Shown: piece after piece, positions 7,088-16,222 of the stretch
Numbering within the stretch: the stretch's first letter is position 1
Layout: every line of letters begins with the position of its first letter
Source of the DNA: a virus
IMG/VR virus record: IMGVR_UViG_3300032038_000283
Location: 1 to 37,695 of that record
DNA: 37,695 nt
Reading direction: 5' to 3' (one strand)
Program-made: the position numbers and the translations under genes
The notes under the pieces: model-generated
The model's database searches: none
What the model saw: only the letters and a program-made list of their open reading frames with translations
Told to the model about the DNA's origin: nothing

Positions 7088-8164
7088 TTAGCTCGCCCCC
7101 TTATACGCACTAACATCCCAACCAAGATGTTCTAAAAGTTCAATGTTATCTTCTATTGCTTGAAAACGAGTTGAAGAATATCTACTCGACCAATTTGTTT
7201 CTGTTTCAAAGAACGATAAATTAGCTCTTGGAACATAAATAACTTGATTTGAAGGGTTGTTAATAAAACTACCCGTTCCACCAAGTGTAGGTGTTCCCTC
7301 TAATAATATAAATAATAAAGAGTCGCATCGCTCAAAAACATAATTTCCTAAATAAGTTATCGTAGAGGGAATATGAATTTTTTGCATTAAATAATTTCTA
7401 ATAAAACCATTATTGGTATCAATCTTATTGACCCCTTTATATATAATACCTTCTTTTAAATTAGCCATATTGGTTAATTTCATATTTTTACCACTTAAAA
7501 TTGTATAGTTTTCGGGTAAACTTATTCGTTTAAGTGAAAAGCAATTATTAAATACATTTGTGTTTAATTCAATATTTTGCGGAATCACAATTCCAATAAT
7601 ACAGTAATTTTGTTCCAGAAACGAATAACCAACCTTATTTACTCCATATGGAATATTTACAGCTTTAAGTCCAAACTTATTAGGATACGCATTATCACCA
7701 ATATTTGCTGTGCTACCCCTTTTTACAACCATTAGTCCAGCGTTGACATTACTTAATTCATCATCATAATAATAATTATGATCAGTCCCATCACTTGTAA
7801 TTACCATAGCTCCAACAATTAAATTTCCATAAGGCTCTTTTTGGACTTTTTCTTTAATTCCTGCTAAACTCCAATTCCAACCTTGAAACGTCATTCCTTC
7901 GTGATAAAATGGGTCGACTCTATAATTGATTTCACTATAATTTGGAAGTGATGTTAAAGCCATAACTTCACTATAAGTATAGGATTTTAGCAACGTACCT
8001 TCCCAATCCATAAACACAAGAGGAGCATTCTCGTCAACGGTTTCGAACAGTGTCTCAATTCTATCCGGCATTTCGTCAACCGTCATTTTCCCGCCGCTGT
8101 CCTTTGACTGGATAGCGACGGCGATGTTTTGCAATTTCGTATCGTCAATTACTCGCGTTGCCAT
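7088..8164 (-). CDS. BspA-type leucine-rich-repeat (LRR_5-like) protein, probable host-adhesion/fibre accessory
   Basis: Repeats such as FNNCFSLKRISLPENYTILSG and IHIPSTITYLGNYVFERCDSL. The gene is strikingly AT-rich compared with its neighbours. Confidence 0.65.
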   Translation of the reverse strand: MATRVIDDTKLQNIAVAIQSKDSGGKMTVDEMPDRIETLFETVDENAPLVFMDWEGTLLKSYTYSEVMALTSLPNYSEINYRVDPFYHEGMTFQGWNWSLAGIKEKVQKEPYGNLIVGAMVITSDGTDHNYYYDDELSNVNAGLMVVKRGSTANIGDNAYPNKFGLKAVNIPYGVNKVGYSFLEQNYCIIGIVIPQNIELNTNVFNNCFSLKRISLPENYTILSGKNMKLTNMANLKEGIIYKGVNKIDTNNGFIRNYLMQKIHIPSTITYLGNYVFERCDSLLFILLEGTPTLGGTGSFINNPSNQVIYVPRANLSFFETETNWSSRYSSTRFQAIEDNIELLEHLGWDVSAYKGAS

Positions 8165-8984
8165 AAAGCACCCCCTGTGTGGTTGGTAGCTCGCTCAAAA
8201 CAATGGCGGCTATATCGGATTTGTCCTGAGCGGTTAAGATGTAGTCGGAGCCGTTGACACCGTTGCTGATATTAGCCGTTGTTGTTCCGTTCTTATCGGT
8301 TATGCTGACAGTAGCGCCGTTCTGGGTCTGGGTAACCGTTGCCGTCGGGCTGTAGCCGGTAGCGCCTGTTGCACCGGTATCGCCCTTATCACCCTTATCG
8401 CCTTTGTCACCTTTGTCACCTTTCGCCCCCGGAGCACCTTGCGCACCGGGTTCTCCCTGAATGCCCTGCGGACCTGTAGCACCTTGGATACCCTGTGGAC
8501 CTTGCGGCCCGATGGCGCTCTCTCCCGTCGTCGTCACCGTCGAGCCGTCTGACATCGTAAATGTGATCGTGCCGTTTTGGTTGACAGCGGCGGAGGAAAC
8601 AGTTACTGACACACCACCGCTTGCCGAGATCACGCCGTTCTCGATCGTGACGTTATCGCCTGCGGTGAGCTGATTTTGCAATCCCAAATCACTGCCTGAT
8701 TGATCTCCGGACAGCTCATGACCGTTGATTTGAGGCTTATTCGTCAGCTCCTCATAATCATCCGTACCACCCGTCGCCGAAATCTCACCGTTCGCGTTAA
8801 TTGTGATATTCTCACCTGCGGTCAATTTGCCTTGTAATCCGAGGTCGTCAGACGATTTGTTCCCGACAAGCTCGTGGCCGTTGATTTGGGGCTTGTGAGT
8901 GAGATTGTCGTAATCATGAGCCGCCGCCTGCGGATTCGCGACAATCTGTGCCTTGGTGGGGTTTATCGGTTTTAATTTGCCCAT
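8145..8984 (-). CDS. collagen-like (G-X-Y) tail fibre protein
   Basis: GPQGPQGIQGATGPQGIQGEPGAQGAPGAKGDKGDKGDKGDKGDTGATGATG. The N-terminal module is duplicated: (H/N)KPQINGHEL.G...DLGLQ..LTAG.N.TI. Confidence 0.8.
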   Translation of the reverse strand: MGKLKPINPTKAQIVANPQAAAHDYDNLTHKPQINGHELVGNKSSDDLGLQGKLTAGENITINANGEISATGGTDDYEELTNKPQINGHELSGDQSGSDLGLQNQLTAGDNVTIENGVISASGGVSVTVSSAAVNQNGTITFTMSDGSTVTTTGESAIGPQGPQGIQGATGPQGIQGEPGAQGAPGAKGDKGDKGDKGDKGDTGATGATGYSPTATVTQTQNGATVSITDKNGTTTANISNGVNGSDYILTAQDKSDIAAIVLSELPTTQGVLYGNASN

Positions 8985-9304
8985 GGTACCGTCCCTTTCA
9001 CTCTGATTTTGCCGTCGGCGATCGTGTCGAGAAACGCGCCGTCACGGTACTGTTTGAAACTGTAATTAATTGCCGCGCGACGGCGAACCGCCGCCGCCGC
9101 GATGTTGATTGCTTCGGTTTTGTCAAATATCAAATCAAACGTGTAGCCGTCCGCGTCGACGGTGAATTCCTTCGGCGGAATAGGATTGTTTGAAATTACG
9201 AAAACAACCTTGTCCCCAACAGCAAAATCAACGGTTTCAAACACAATCGGCATACCATAATCGCCGTTGTAGATGGTAATGGTACCGTTTTCGTCAATCG
9301 TCAT
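8972..9304 (-). CDS. hypothetical structural-module protein
   Basis: The likely start is MTIDENG at 9304, overlapping the xkdX-like stop. The track start is at 9319. Confidence 0.55.
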   Translation of the reverse strand: MTIDENGTITIYNGDYGMPIVFETVDFAVGDKVVFVISNNPIPPKEFTVDADGYTFDLIFDKTEAINIAAAAVRRRAAINYSFKQYRDGAFLDTIADGKIRVKGTVPWAN

Positions 9305-9440
9305 CGCCGTACACCTCACCCGTTATCGTTTTGAATTCTTTCGCTGTGATCCAGCCCTTGACAACAGCGTTGTGCACTCTCTCAATGCTCCACAATCCGC
9401 TGTCGTAATAGCCCTTTACCTTTTTGAAGTGCTTACTCAT
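9294..9440 (-). CDS. xkdX: XkdX-family small protein (48 aa)
   Basis: Not in the track. Translation is MSKHFKKVKGYYDSGLWSIERVHNAVVKGWITAKEFKTITGEVYGDDD. It has an ATGA overlap with the upstream gene. Confidence 0.7.
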   Translation of the reverse strand: MSKHFKKVKGYYDSGLWSIERVHNAVVKGWITAKEFKTITGEVYGDDD

Positions 9441-9664
9441 TCAAGCTCCACCTCCGTCATCATGGCGATATACTCAAGGTCTGCCTGAGCCTTTTGGTTT
9501 GCTTCGTCCATCAGCTTGATGTACTCGTCCTTTGTGTATTGAACCATGTGATATTCAAAGCCTTCCTCCGTTTTTGTAATATCGGAATTAACCCAAACCG
9601 AATATTCGTCAACTATCTTTTCGTCGGGTCTGACCGCGCTTTTCACAATACCGTAATCTGTCAT
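9437..9664 (-). CDS. hypothetical protein (75 aa)
   Basis: ORF between the fibre gene and xkdX. Confidence 0.55.
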   Translation of the reverse strand: MTDYGIVKSAVRPDEKIVDEYSVWVNSDITKTEEGFEYHMVQYTKDEYIKLMDEANQKAQADLEYIAMMTEVELE

Positions 9665-9676
9665 TAAAATACCTCC

Positions 9677-12400
9677 TTAAACCGTCGCTGTCGGCACATA
9701 CAGGAGTCTGCCGCCGACGGCATTGTCAGCAAGCTCGACGTTGTTGGAACAGCTGTAGTCATAATCGCCGGAAGAGTCGCCGCTGTACCACGCGCCGCCA
9801 TGAAGGGCAATTTTATTACCGTTCAGATCTGCAGTGACATAGCATTTATCTCCGACGGGAAGCGCGTTGTTTCCCAGCGTCTCAGACGGAAGGAACAGCC
9901 AGTCGTATTTTTCGCTGCCGTAGCCTAACGCAGAAATATAATTGTTTGCGTTCGCAATTGAAAAGCCGGTAGACTTGTAGTTGCCGCTGTGCTTGCTCTC
10001 GTCGAAGTTAAAGTCGCTGCAGATGTACGCCTGACCGCCGTTCATTGTGCCGTCGCCCCAGATATTGATTCCATTGACCTGCTTCCAGATATTGCCCCAC
10101 GGGTTTTCCATTCCGCGATAACTGACCGCGACGTTGCCGTTAGTGTTGAACGGCGTTTCTGTTCCCTCGATGTCATATATTGTTTCGCTCGCCATGCCGG
10201 AAGCCGTATTAAATGTTTCCGCCGAGGTCGACCCCGTGAGTGATGAGCAGTTGATTGTATCACTGTCGGGATTATTAACAATGCCTAGTCCGATTGCCGA
10301 CTGAGTATTAAATGTTCCGTACTCAATCGCCATGAGCAGCTGATTTGCGGATACCGACTGAATCGTGTCGAGGTGCCAGTTTGGTGATTTTCTCAGAGCA
10401 CAATTCTCCAGATTGAATTTGTTCATCGCCTTGTACTGACCGGATATCGGCTTGACGCCCGGCAAGGATTTCAGAACCGCGCTTGTTTCAATCGTCGTAT
10501 CTGTGCCTACACCGTCGTGGAAAATGCTATCAACGTATCTGAAATCCGTACCGTTTGTGCTAACCTGCCTGCGCCACATATACGACGCTTCATACGCCGA
10601 AAACAGCACATAGTCAATCTCGTTTCCATTCTTGTCAAAAAACAGAGGGTGGAGCTTGAAGCCGGCATGCGGCGTCGAGCTGATGTAGTAATTCGCCTTG
10701 CGGATGTGATAGCCCAAGCCGCTTGACTGTTTCTCTAGCTTGAGCGGTACGACCTTGTAATAGAACTTCGGCTGATAGACCATGACGTCAACATCAGTAT
10801 CGGGTTCTCCAACATCTTCCGGAGAGTAGTTGTCAATTATCTCGCCGTCAGGATAGACCACGACGCGCCTGCGCTGACCGTACATCGGAAACGCGTTGAA
10901 ATCGCTGCCCGCGTTCAGACCGACAGCCGCACCCAGACGTGTAAACCGGTTATTCTCAAAGTCCGCATGCAGACCGAGGATATCGCCGCTTGTGTAGCCG
11001 ATATACGCCTTAACATCTTCAACAGCGCTTGAAATCTGCGAGCCGTAATCATACACGGCTTTGATGGACGGGTACAGCGCGGTGCTTGCTTTGTTGGCGG
11101 CTGTAATTGAGCTTTGCTTGTTGGATGCGCTTTCCTTGAGCACAAGGCGGGACTCAACGTTCGAAATATCATCGTTCACAAGGCCAATGATCTCTACGCC
11201 GAGGTCATAGACCGCCTTTGCGGAGGGGTACTCCGTATCGGTGGAACCACTGTCAATTCCCTTTTCTGAGGTCAGCTTGTTCGACAATGCCTCGTAATTT
11301 GCGGCGATGTAGTCGACAACTGCCTTTATCGACGGATAATACTGTTTGCTCGTTTCGTTGCCTGCAATTGCGTTTTTCTTATTGGCTAGGTTTTCCTTGA
11401 GCACAAGGTCGCCTGCTACATCGTCGAGAATATCCACGCCGAAGTTAAACACCGCCTTCGCGGAGGGGTACTCCGTATCGGTGGAATCCTCGTCAATACC
11501 AGCTTCTGAGGACAGCTTGTTGGATGCGCTTTCCTTGCCGTTGATCACCGTCTGCACCGCCGCCGCGAGATTCGCCCATGAAACGGTGTTGTCGCCGCTG
11601 CCGAGGTAATTAGCAGCAAGGTAATCGACTACCGCCTTGATCGTGGGGTAAAGAACGTTGCTTGTTTTGTTGGCGTTGGTGATTTCATTAGCCTTGTTTG
11701 ACGGCTTTTCTGTCTTATCATACCAGTCGCTGTAGCTTGTACCTCCTGTCCAATATCTCGTTTTGATTGAGCCGTCACGGCCGAGGAAATATTGGAAATC
11801 GTTGTCCTTTGCGGTGATAACGATTCCAGCCTTGCCGGCAACCGTCGCGTTGAGGTAGATTGTTTTCGGGTTGGCGGTGTTGTATGTCACATTCGCCGTC
11901 GTGCTGTCGAAGGTGTAGGCAGTGGATAATGGTGCTTTGGCGGCAATCGCGTCGTGCAAGGTGGTGTATGTGTCACGCGCTTCTGTTATCTCATGAACGA
12001 CCTCAGCATAACTTCCCAATGAATTTTCATCAATTTGCGCGTTTTCCGCAATGTTCGGAGTCACCCTTACTTGTATTGGAAACGGAATTGCTAAAACCTT
12101 TGTACCCTCAGTGACTGTTACTTGTACATCAAGATTACCGTGTCGCTGTAAGTCCTCCAACGGTACGGTTATAATGTTGTCTTGAATAGTACAGTTAACG
12201 CTATCATTTACAAGCACGTTATCTGTCACAAGTGACGCCGTTGCAGTTGCAGTATTACTAAGTGCAATAACATTGCCGTTTTGATATAACGTTATTTCAA
12301 GGTATCTTACGTTTAAATCTAAGACATTTGCTACATACACATTATACGGGATGATTGGATTGTTCACATCAACACTTACAGCATATGTTATATTATTCAT
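9677..12400 (-). CDS. large tail fibre / receptor-binding protein: BppU-like N-terminus, YPS(A/I)KAV repeats, C-type-lectin/FGE-like C-terminus
   Basis: AAAGGAGG SD. There are five YP(S/T)(A/I)KAV motifs in alternating approximately 80-aa modules. The C-terminus contains YRGMENPWGNIWKQVNG and HGGAWYSGDSSG. Confidence 0.8.
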   Translation of the reverse strand: MNNITYAVSVDVNNPIIPYNVYVANVLDLNVRYLEITLYQNGNVIALSNTATATASLVTDNVLVNDSVNCTIQDNIITVPLEDLQRHGNLDVQVTVTEGTKVLAIPFPIQVRVTPNIAENAQIDENSLGSYAEVVHEITEARDTYTTLHDAIAAKAPLSTAYTFDSTTANVTYNTANPKTIYLNATVAGKAGIVITAKDNDFQYFLGRDGSIKTRYWTGGTSYSDWYDKTEKPSNKANEITNANKTSNVLYPTIKAVVDYLAANYLGSGDNTVSWANLAAAVQTVINGKESASNKLSSEAGIDEDSTDTEYPSAKAVFNFGVDILDDVAGDLVLKENLANKKNAIAGNETSKQYYPSIKAVVDYIAANYEALSNKLTSEKGIDSGSTDTEYPSAKAVYDLGVEIIGLVNDDISNVESRLVLKESASNKQSSITAANKASTALYPSIKAVYDYGSQISSAVEDVKAYIGYTSGDILGLHADFENNRFTRLGAAVGLNAGSDFNAFPMYGQRRRVVVYPDGEIIDNYSPEDVGEPDTDVDVMVYQPKFYYKVVPLKLEKQSSGLGYHIRKANYYISSTPHAGFKLHPLFFDKNGNEIDYVLFSAYEASYMWRRQVSTNGTDFRYVDSIFHDGVGTDTTIETSAVLKSLPGVKPISGQYKAMNKFNLENCALRKSPNWHLDTIQSVSANQLLMAIEYGTFNTQSAIGLGIVNNPDSDTINCSSLTGSTSAETFNTASGMASETIYDIEGTETPFNTNGNVAVSYRGMENPWGNIWKQVNGINIWGDGTMNGGQAYICSDFNFDESKHSGNYKSTGFSIANANNYISALGYGSEKYDWLFLPSETLGNNALPVGDKCYVTADLNGNKIALHGGAWYSGDSSGDYDYSCSNNVELADNAVGGRLLYVPTATV

Positions 12401-12404
12401 TGCT

Positions 12405-13625
12405 TTACCTCCTTTTCTTTGATATCATATCTTGTAAAGTAAGCGGCTTATTATCAAGCTCGATTTTTACGATCCTTTCGTTCAGCGCATCGAACGTTAC
12501 CCCGTTGACTTTTGATGAAATTTCCCTACCTTTTTCAGTCACAAGAACAACAGGGTCATATAGACCAAGCTCCTGCACTGTTTTTGACTCATAATTCAAA
12601 TCGACTGTAACTGCTATTTCATATCCTCTCGAATGGTATTTGCTGCGGTAAAATGCACCTGAGAACACTGTATTGATTTGGTCAAACGCGTTCTTCATCC
12701 CGTCGCCTGTGGTAACATTAACACTTAATTCAGGCAAATGCTCTGACACGTCAACAGCTCTTAAGCGTGGGTATTTGTGGACTTCAACCGTATTCAAAAA
12801 AACCGGTGTCCCTCCGAGATAGAATTCAGCTCCGTCAGAAGTTCTAACTCTTCCATATGGGACAACAACGTTATAATTATTATCGCTTGAATATTCAATT
12901 GTTACGTTTTTTAAGTCATACCCGTATCTGAGCTTTACCGCGATGTCTTTACCGCGCTTTTTCTTTAATGTTAAATCAAAGTTATTATACAGCCATTCAC
13001 CGCCGTACTGCCCCATTCCGTACTCTTTATCCGTCAAGAGATCTCCGAGCTTTTTGCCTGTAAATTTACGCAAGTGAATTGTTTTCGCTTCGATACCAGT
13101 ATCAGCGGTGATATTGAATTGCTGTTGGTGTGTGATGGGTATTGTTGAATTTGAGTAATCTTCAATTAAAAAGAATCTGTCTTCTTTAAGAGATTCAAGA
13201 AAGTCATGCGCTGTGTCTCGTTGCGTTTGTGGCACCGCAAGGTATCTCTCCTCAGGTGGAGTTACACTTGCATAAGCATTATATCGAGATATCATATTAT
13301 TTTCCGCAAGATATTTTATGTGATACCCCGATACACTCAGCTTTTTTCCTTCCTCCTTAACGCGGTAAATCTGGAATAATTGGGGGTTGTGCACTTTGTT
13401 TGGTATGATTTTAACAAACATATTTGGCAGCACGTTCTCTGCGTATCGGTCAGTTGTTAAAAGTTCCATTTCAAGCGTGTATACGCCCGATGTTTTTTCT
13501 TTAACAAAACATTTTTGGCACGTGTTTAAAAACCCATAACCGTTATAATCTAAATTTCCACATCTTACTGACCCGCCGATAACATAATCTTCATCATATA
13601 GTTTAGGTATCACAGCATGCGCCAC
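12405..13625 (-). CDS. tail-associated (Tal / prophage-tail endopeptidase-like) baseplate protein
   Basis: Position directly after Dit. GTG start (13625 or 13613). 406 aa. Confidence 0.7.
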   Translation of the reverse strand: MAHAVIPKLYDEDYVIGGSVRCGNLDYNGYGFLNTCQKCFVKEKTSGVYTLEMELLTTDRYAENVLPNMFVKIIPNKVHNPQLFQIYRVKEEGKKLSVSGYHIKYLAENNMISRYNAYASVTPPEERYLAVPQTQRDTAHDFLESLKEDRFFLIEDYSNSTIPITHQQQFNITADTGIEAKTIHLRKFTGKKLGDLLTDKEYGMGQYGGEWLYNNFDLTLKKKRGKDIAVKLRYGYDLKNVTIEYSSDNNYNVVVPYGRVRTSDGAEFYLGGTPVFLNTVEVHKYPRLRAVDVSEHLPELSVNVTTGDGMKNAFDQINTVFSGAFYRSKYHSRGYEIAVTVDLNYESKTVQELGLYDPVVLVTEKGREISSKVNGVTFDALNERIVKIELDNKPLTLQDMISKKRR

Positions 13626-14392
13626 CTCGGTTCAATTAAAATATACGGAATTGTGCGTTCATGGTAGTGGCTAATTGTAACTTTGTTTTGCCCTAATGAA
13701 AAAACAGGTGGTCTGTTAAAATTGAGAATTAAGTAATTGTATGGTTGTCCATCAATTGTAACATCTCCAGTTTTCGAATCATAAACAACCTCGGCATTCT
13801 CCCCAAAATTTGGACTTGCAGGGACTGAAAATGACTGCACATTGGAGCTGTTGTCTGTAAACGAGAAGTCAAGCTTATTAGCATGCAAATTAGCCCTTAC
13901 CGTTATTTTGGGATAACTCAAAAATCCTGTAGGATTCTGTAACACAAACTCCCTACCATTAGGCGAGTTGTTGACCTCGATGTCGTTGTCAATGTACCAA
14001 AATGGTTCCATATCAAATGTTACCTCGGCTTCAACAACTCCATCCATGTGGTTTTGCACATTTGCAACTTTTGAGCAAAAAGCCTCTGTGTACAGTCCTT
14101 GATTAAAGGTATCGGTAAATTTACAATATCCTGTTGCCGCGTTGAGCCAGTAATTTAGCTTATTGACTAACTCCCGATTTGAGCAGTGCACACGGGTCGG
14201 AAGGCTCATAATAGTATATGTTGCGGTTCGGTTCTTATACCTTCCGTTATAAGCGATAATATTGCCGTCTTTTCCTGCGATTTCCTCAGACGTATAGTCC
14301 TTTTCGGCGATGATATATTGCGGTTTCTTCTTGACGATAAATCCAAAATCTTCAAGGTGCTGACCATTAAAAGTAAAATAATTAAAACTCAT
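13610..14392 (-). CDS. distal tail protein (Dit, siphovirus tail component)
   Basis: MSFNYFTFNGQHLEDFGFIV is a typical N-terminus. A TAATG junction links it to the TMP stop. Confidence 0.8.
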   Translation of the reverse strand: MSFNYFTFNGQHLEDFGFIVKKKPQYIIAEKDYTSEEIAGKDGNIIAYNGRYKNRTATYTIMSLPTRVHCSNRELVNKLNYWLNAATGYCKFTDTFNQGLYTEAFCSKVANVQNHMDGVVEAEVTFDMEPFWYIDNDIEVNNSPNGREFVLQNPTGFLSYPKITVRANLHANKLDFSFTDNSSNVQSFSVPASPNFGENAEVVYDSKTGDVTIDGQPYNYLILNFNRPPVFSLGQNKVTISHYHERTIPYILIEPRWRML

Positions 14393-16222
14393 TAGCCCAC
14401 CGCCATTCCTTCCACTACAAGTTTTTCAGCGATTCGTTCGGATACTTTATTTGCGACATCCTCGATATCATCATCATTTTTAACATTGACATTATCGAGG
14501 TAAAGGTTAATGTTGACAATCTTTCCGTTTGCTGTGTTCGCCGTTTGCGAAAGGTTATTGCCTTCATAAAATGAGGTCAAGCCATCCGCAAATGCATGCG
14601 CAAACTTATATATCCACTGGTTGTTATTTTCAAGCGGTATAACAGCCTCTGCTCCTGCTTCGCCTGCGATAAATGGAGTACCACCTTCAACAAAACCGCC
14701 TTTAGCAAGCTTTGCTATCTTAGGAATATTTACTCCCCAAGTCTGACCGCCGACGAACGGTACCCAATCGGGTATATCGACTTTCAGCGAGTTCAATCCG
14801 TCTATAACGGCGTTAATACCGTCTATAATCCAGTTAATCGGGGTTTTGATACCGTTCCAGATATTCTGCCATAAATTCGAAAACCATTGTTTTATTCCGT
14901 TAAACGCGCCCTTGACACCATCGACCGCATTGCGGAATACGTTTGAGAAGAACTCACCAACTTTCGAGAAAACACCCGTAATAGAATTCCAGATGTTCTG
15001 GAAGAAACCTGTTATTTTTGTGTAAATTCCAAGAGCCCAATTTCTCAGCCCTTCGAAAATGCTTTTGAACCATGCAATTATTTTTGTATAAACTGATACA
15101 GCCCACATTTTGAGCTTTTCAAAAATGTCTTTGAACCAATCAACAATGCCTGAAAAGATTTCCGTTATCTTTTCCCAGGCACCACCGAAAATTTGTCCAA
15201 AGGCTTCAAAGATTTTCGGACCTGCTTCGACAAGAGCTTTCGCAACTGCTACGATAATCTTCGGAATAGCTTCAATCAGCCCCAAGATAATCTCCGGCAA
15301 ATGCGCGACAAGCTCAATGACTAGCATAATCAAGCCCTCAATGAGCTGAGGTATGCACTCAATAAGTCCTGTTATAATCTTTTCGATTATTGTAGGCAAG
15401 GCTTCAATAATGCCTAAAATAATCTTTGGTATAGCCTTTACAAGACCTAATACCAAAGAAATTACGCCGTCAATTAAAATCGGTAAATTCGTAATCAGCG
15501 CGTCAACTACTGAAATTATTATTTCGGGTAAACTATTGATAATCGGCTGAATGATTTTATCAATATTTTTCATCAGGTAAACCGCCATAGCTACAACCGC
15601 GCTGACGATTTGCGGAATTAAAGTTGGTAACGCTGATACAATAGCGTCAATAAGTTGTGGTAAGGCATCAACTATTGCTTTGAAAATAGATTGAAAAGCC
15701 TTGATAATATCAGGCATTAGATCCATTATTAGCTTCACAAGTTGAGGAAGAACGGAAACAAAAGCTTGCAAAAGGGCTTGTGCGCCTTTTACAATTTCAG
15801 GCAAAAGGGTATTTAGAACACCGGGCAAGGCTTCAATGATTTTGGGCGCAAGTTTTTGAATCAGCCCGGTGATGCCGTTCAAAATAACACTGATTCTTGG
15901 AATAATGTTTTCACCAACGGTCACAATACTGTTGACGAAATTATTGACCAGTTCGTCAAGATTTGCATTACCATCCGCAAGACCTGTTATCAGGTTTTGC
16001 CACGCTGATTTTGCTGACTGAATGGACCCCTGAATGGTGGCTGATGCTTCCTTTGCGGTTGTACCGGTGATGTCCATTTCTGTTTGTACAACATGGATTG
16101 CTTCTGCAATATCGGCAAAGGAAGAAATATCGTACTTCACGCCTGAGAGTTTTGTTGCGTCATCGAGAAGGCGTTGCATTTCTTCTTTGGTGCCACCATA
16201 GCCCAGCTTTAAATTGTCTAAC
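14392..16222 (-). CDS. tape measure protein, exon 2
   Basis: The frame is open from 16222: (M)LDNLKLGYGGTKEEMQRLLDDA... It contains a long LPxII/helical repeat region. Exon 2 is in frame with exon 1 after removing 16223-17067. Confidence 0.85.

Noticed and set aside
8380-8430. A 9-bp tandem DNA repeat (GGTGACAAA-like) that might be a simple-sequence contingency tract.
   Set aside because: It is the (GDK)n part of a longer imperfect collagen G-X-Y region inside a continuous fibre ORF. It is coding-driven periodicity rather than an independent element, although slippage there remains possible.
9677-9830. A possible diversity-generating retroelement variable region in the lectin-like C-terminus of the fibre protein.
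   Set aside because: There is no reverse transcriptase ORF anywhere in the genome. No unassigned non-coding segment is long enough to be a template repeat, and I could not find a second copy of this sequence.
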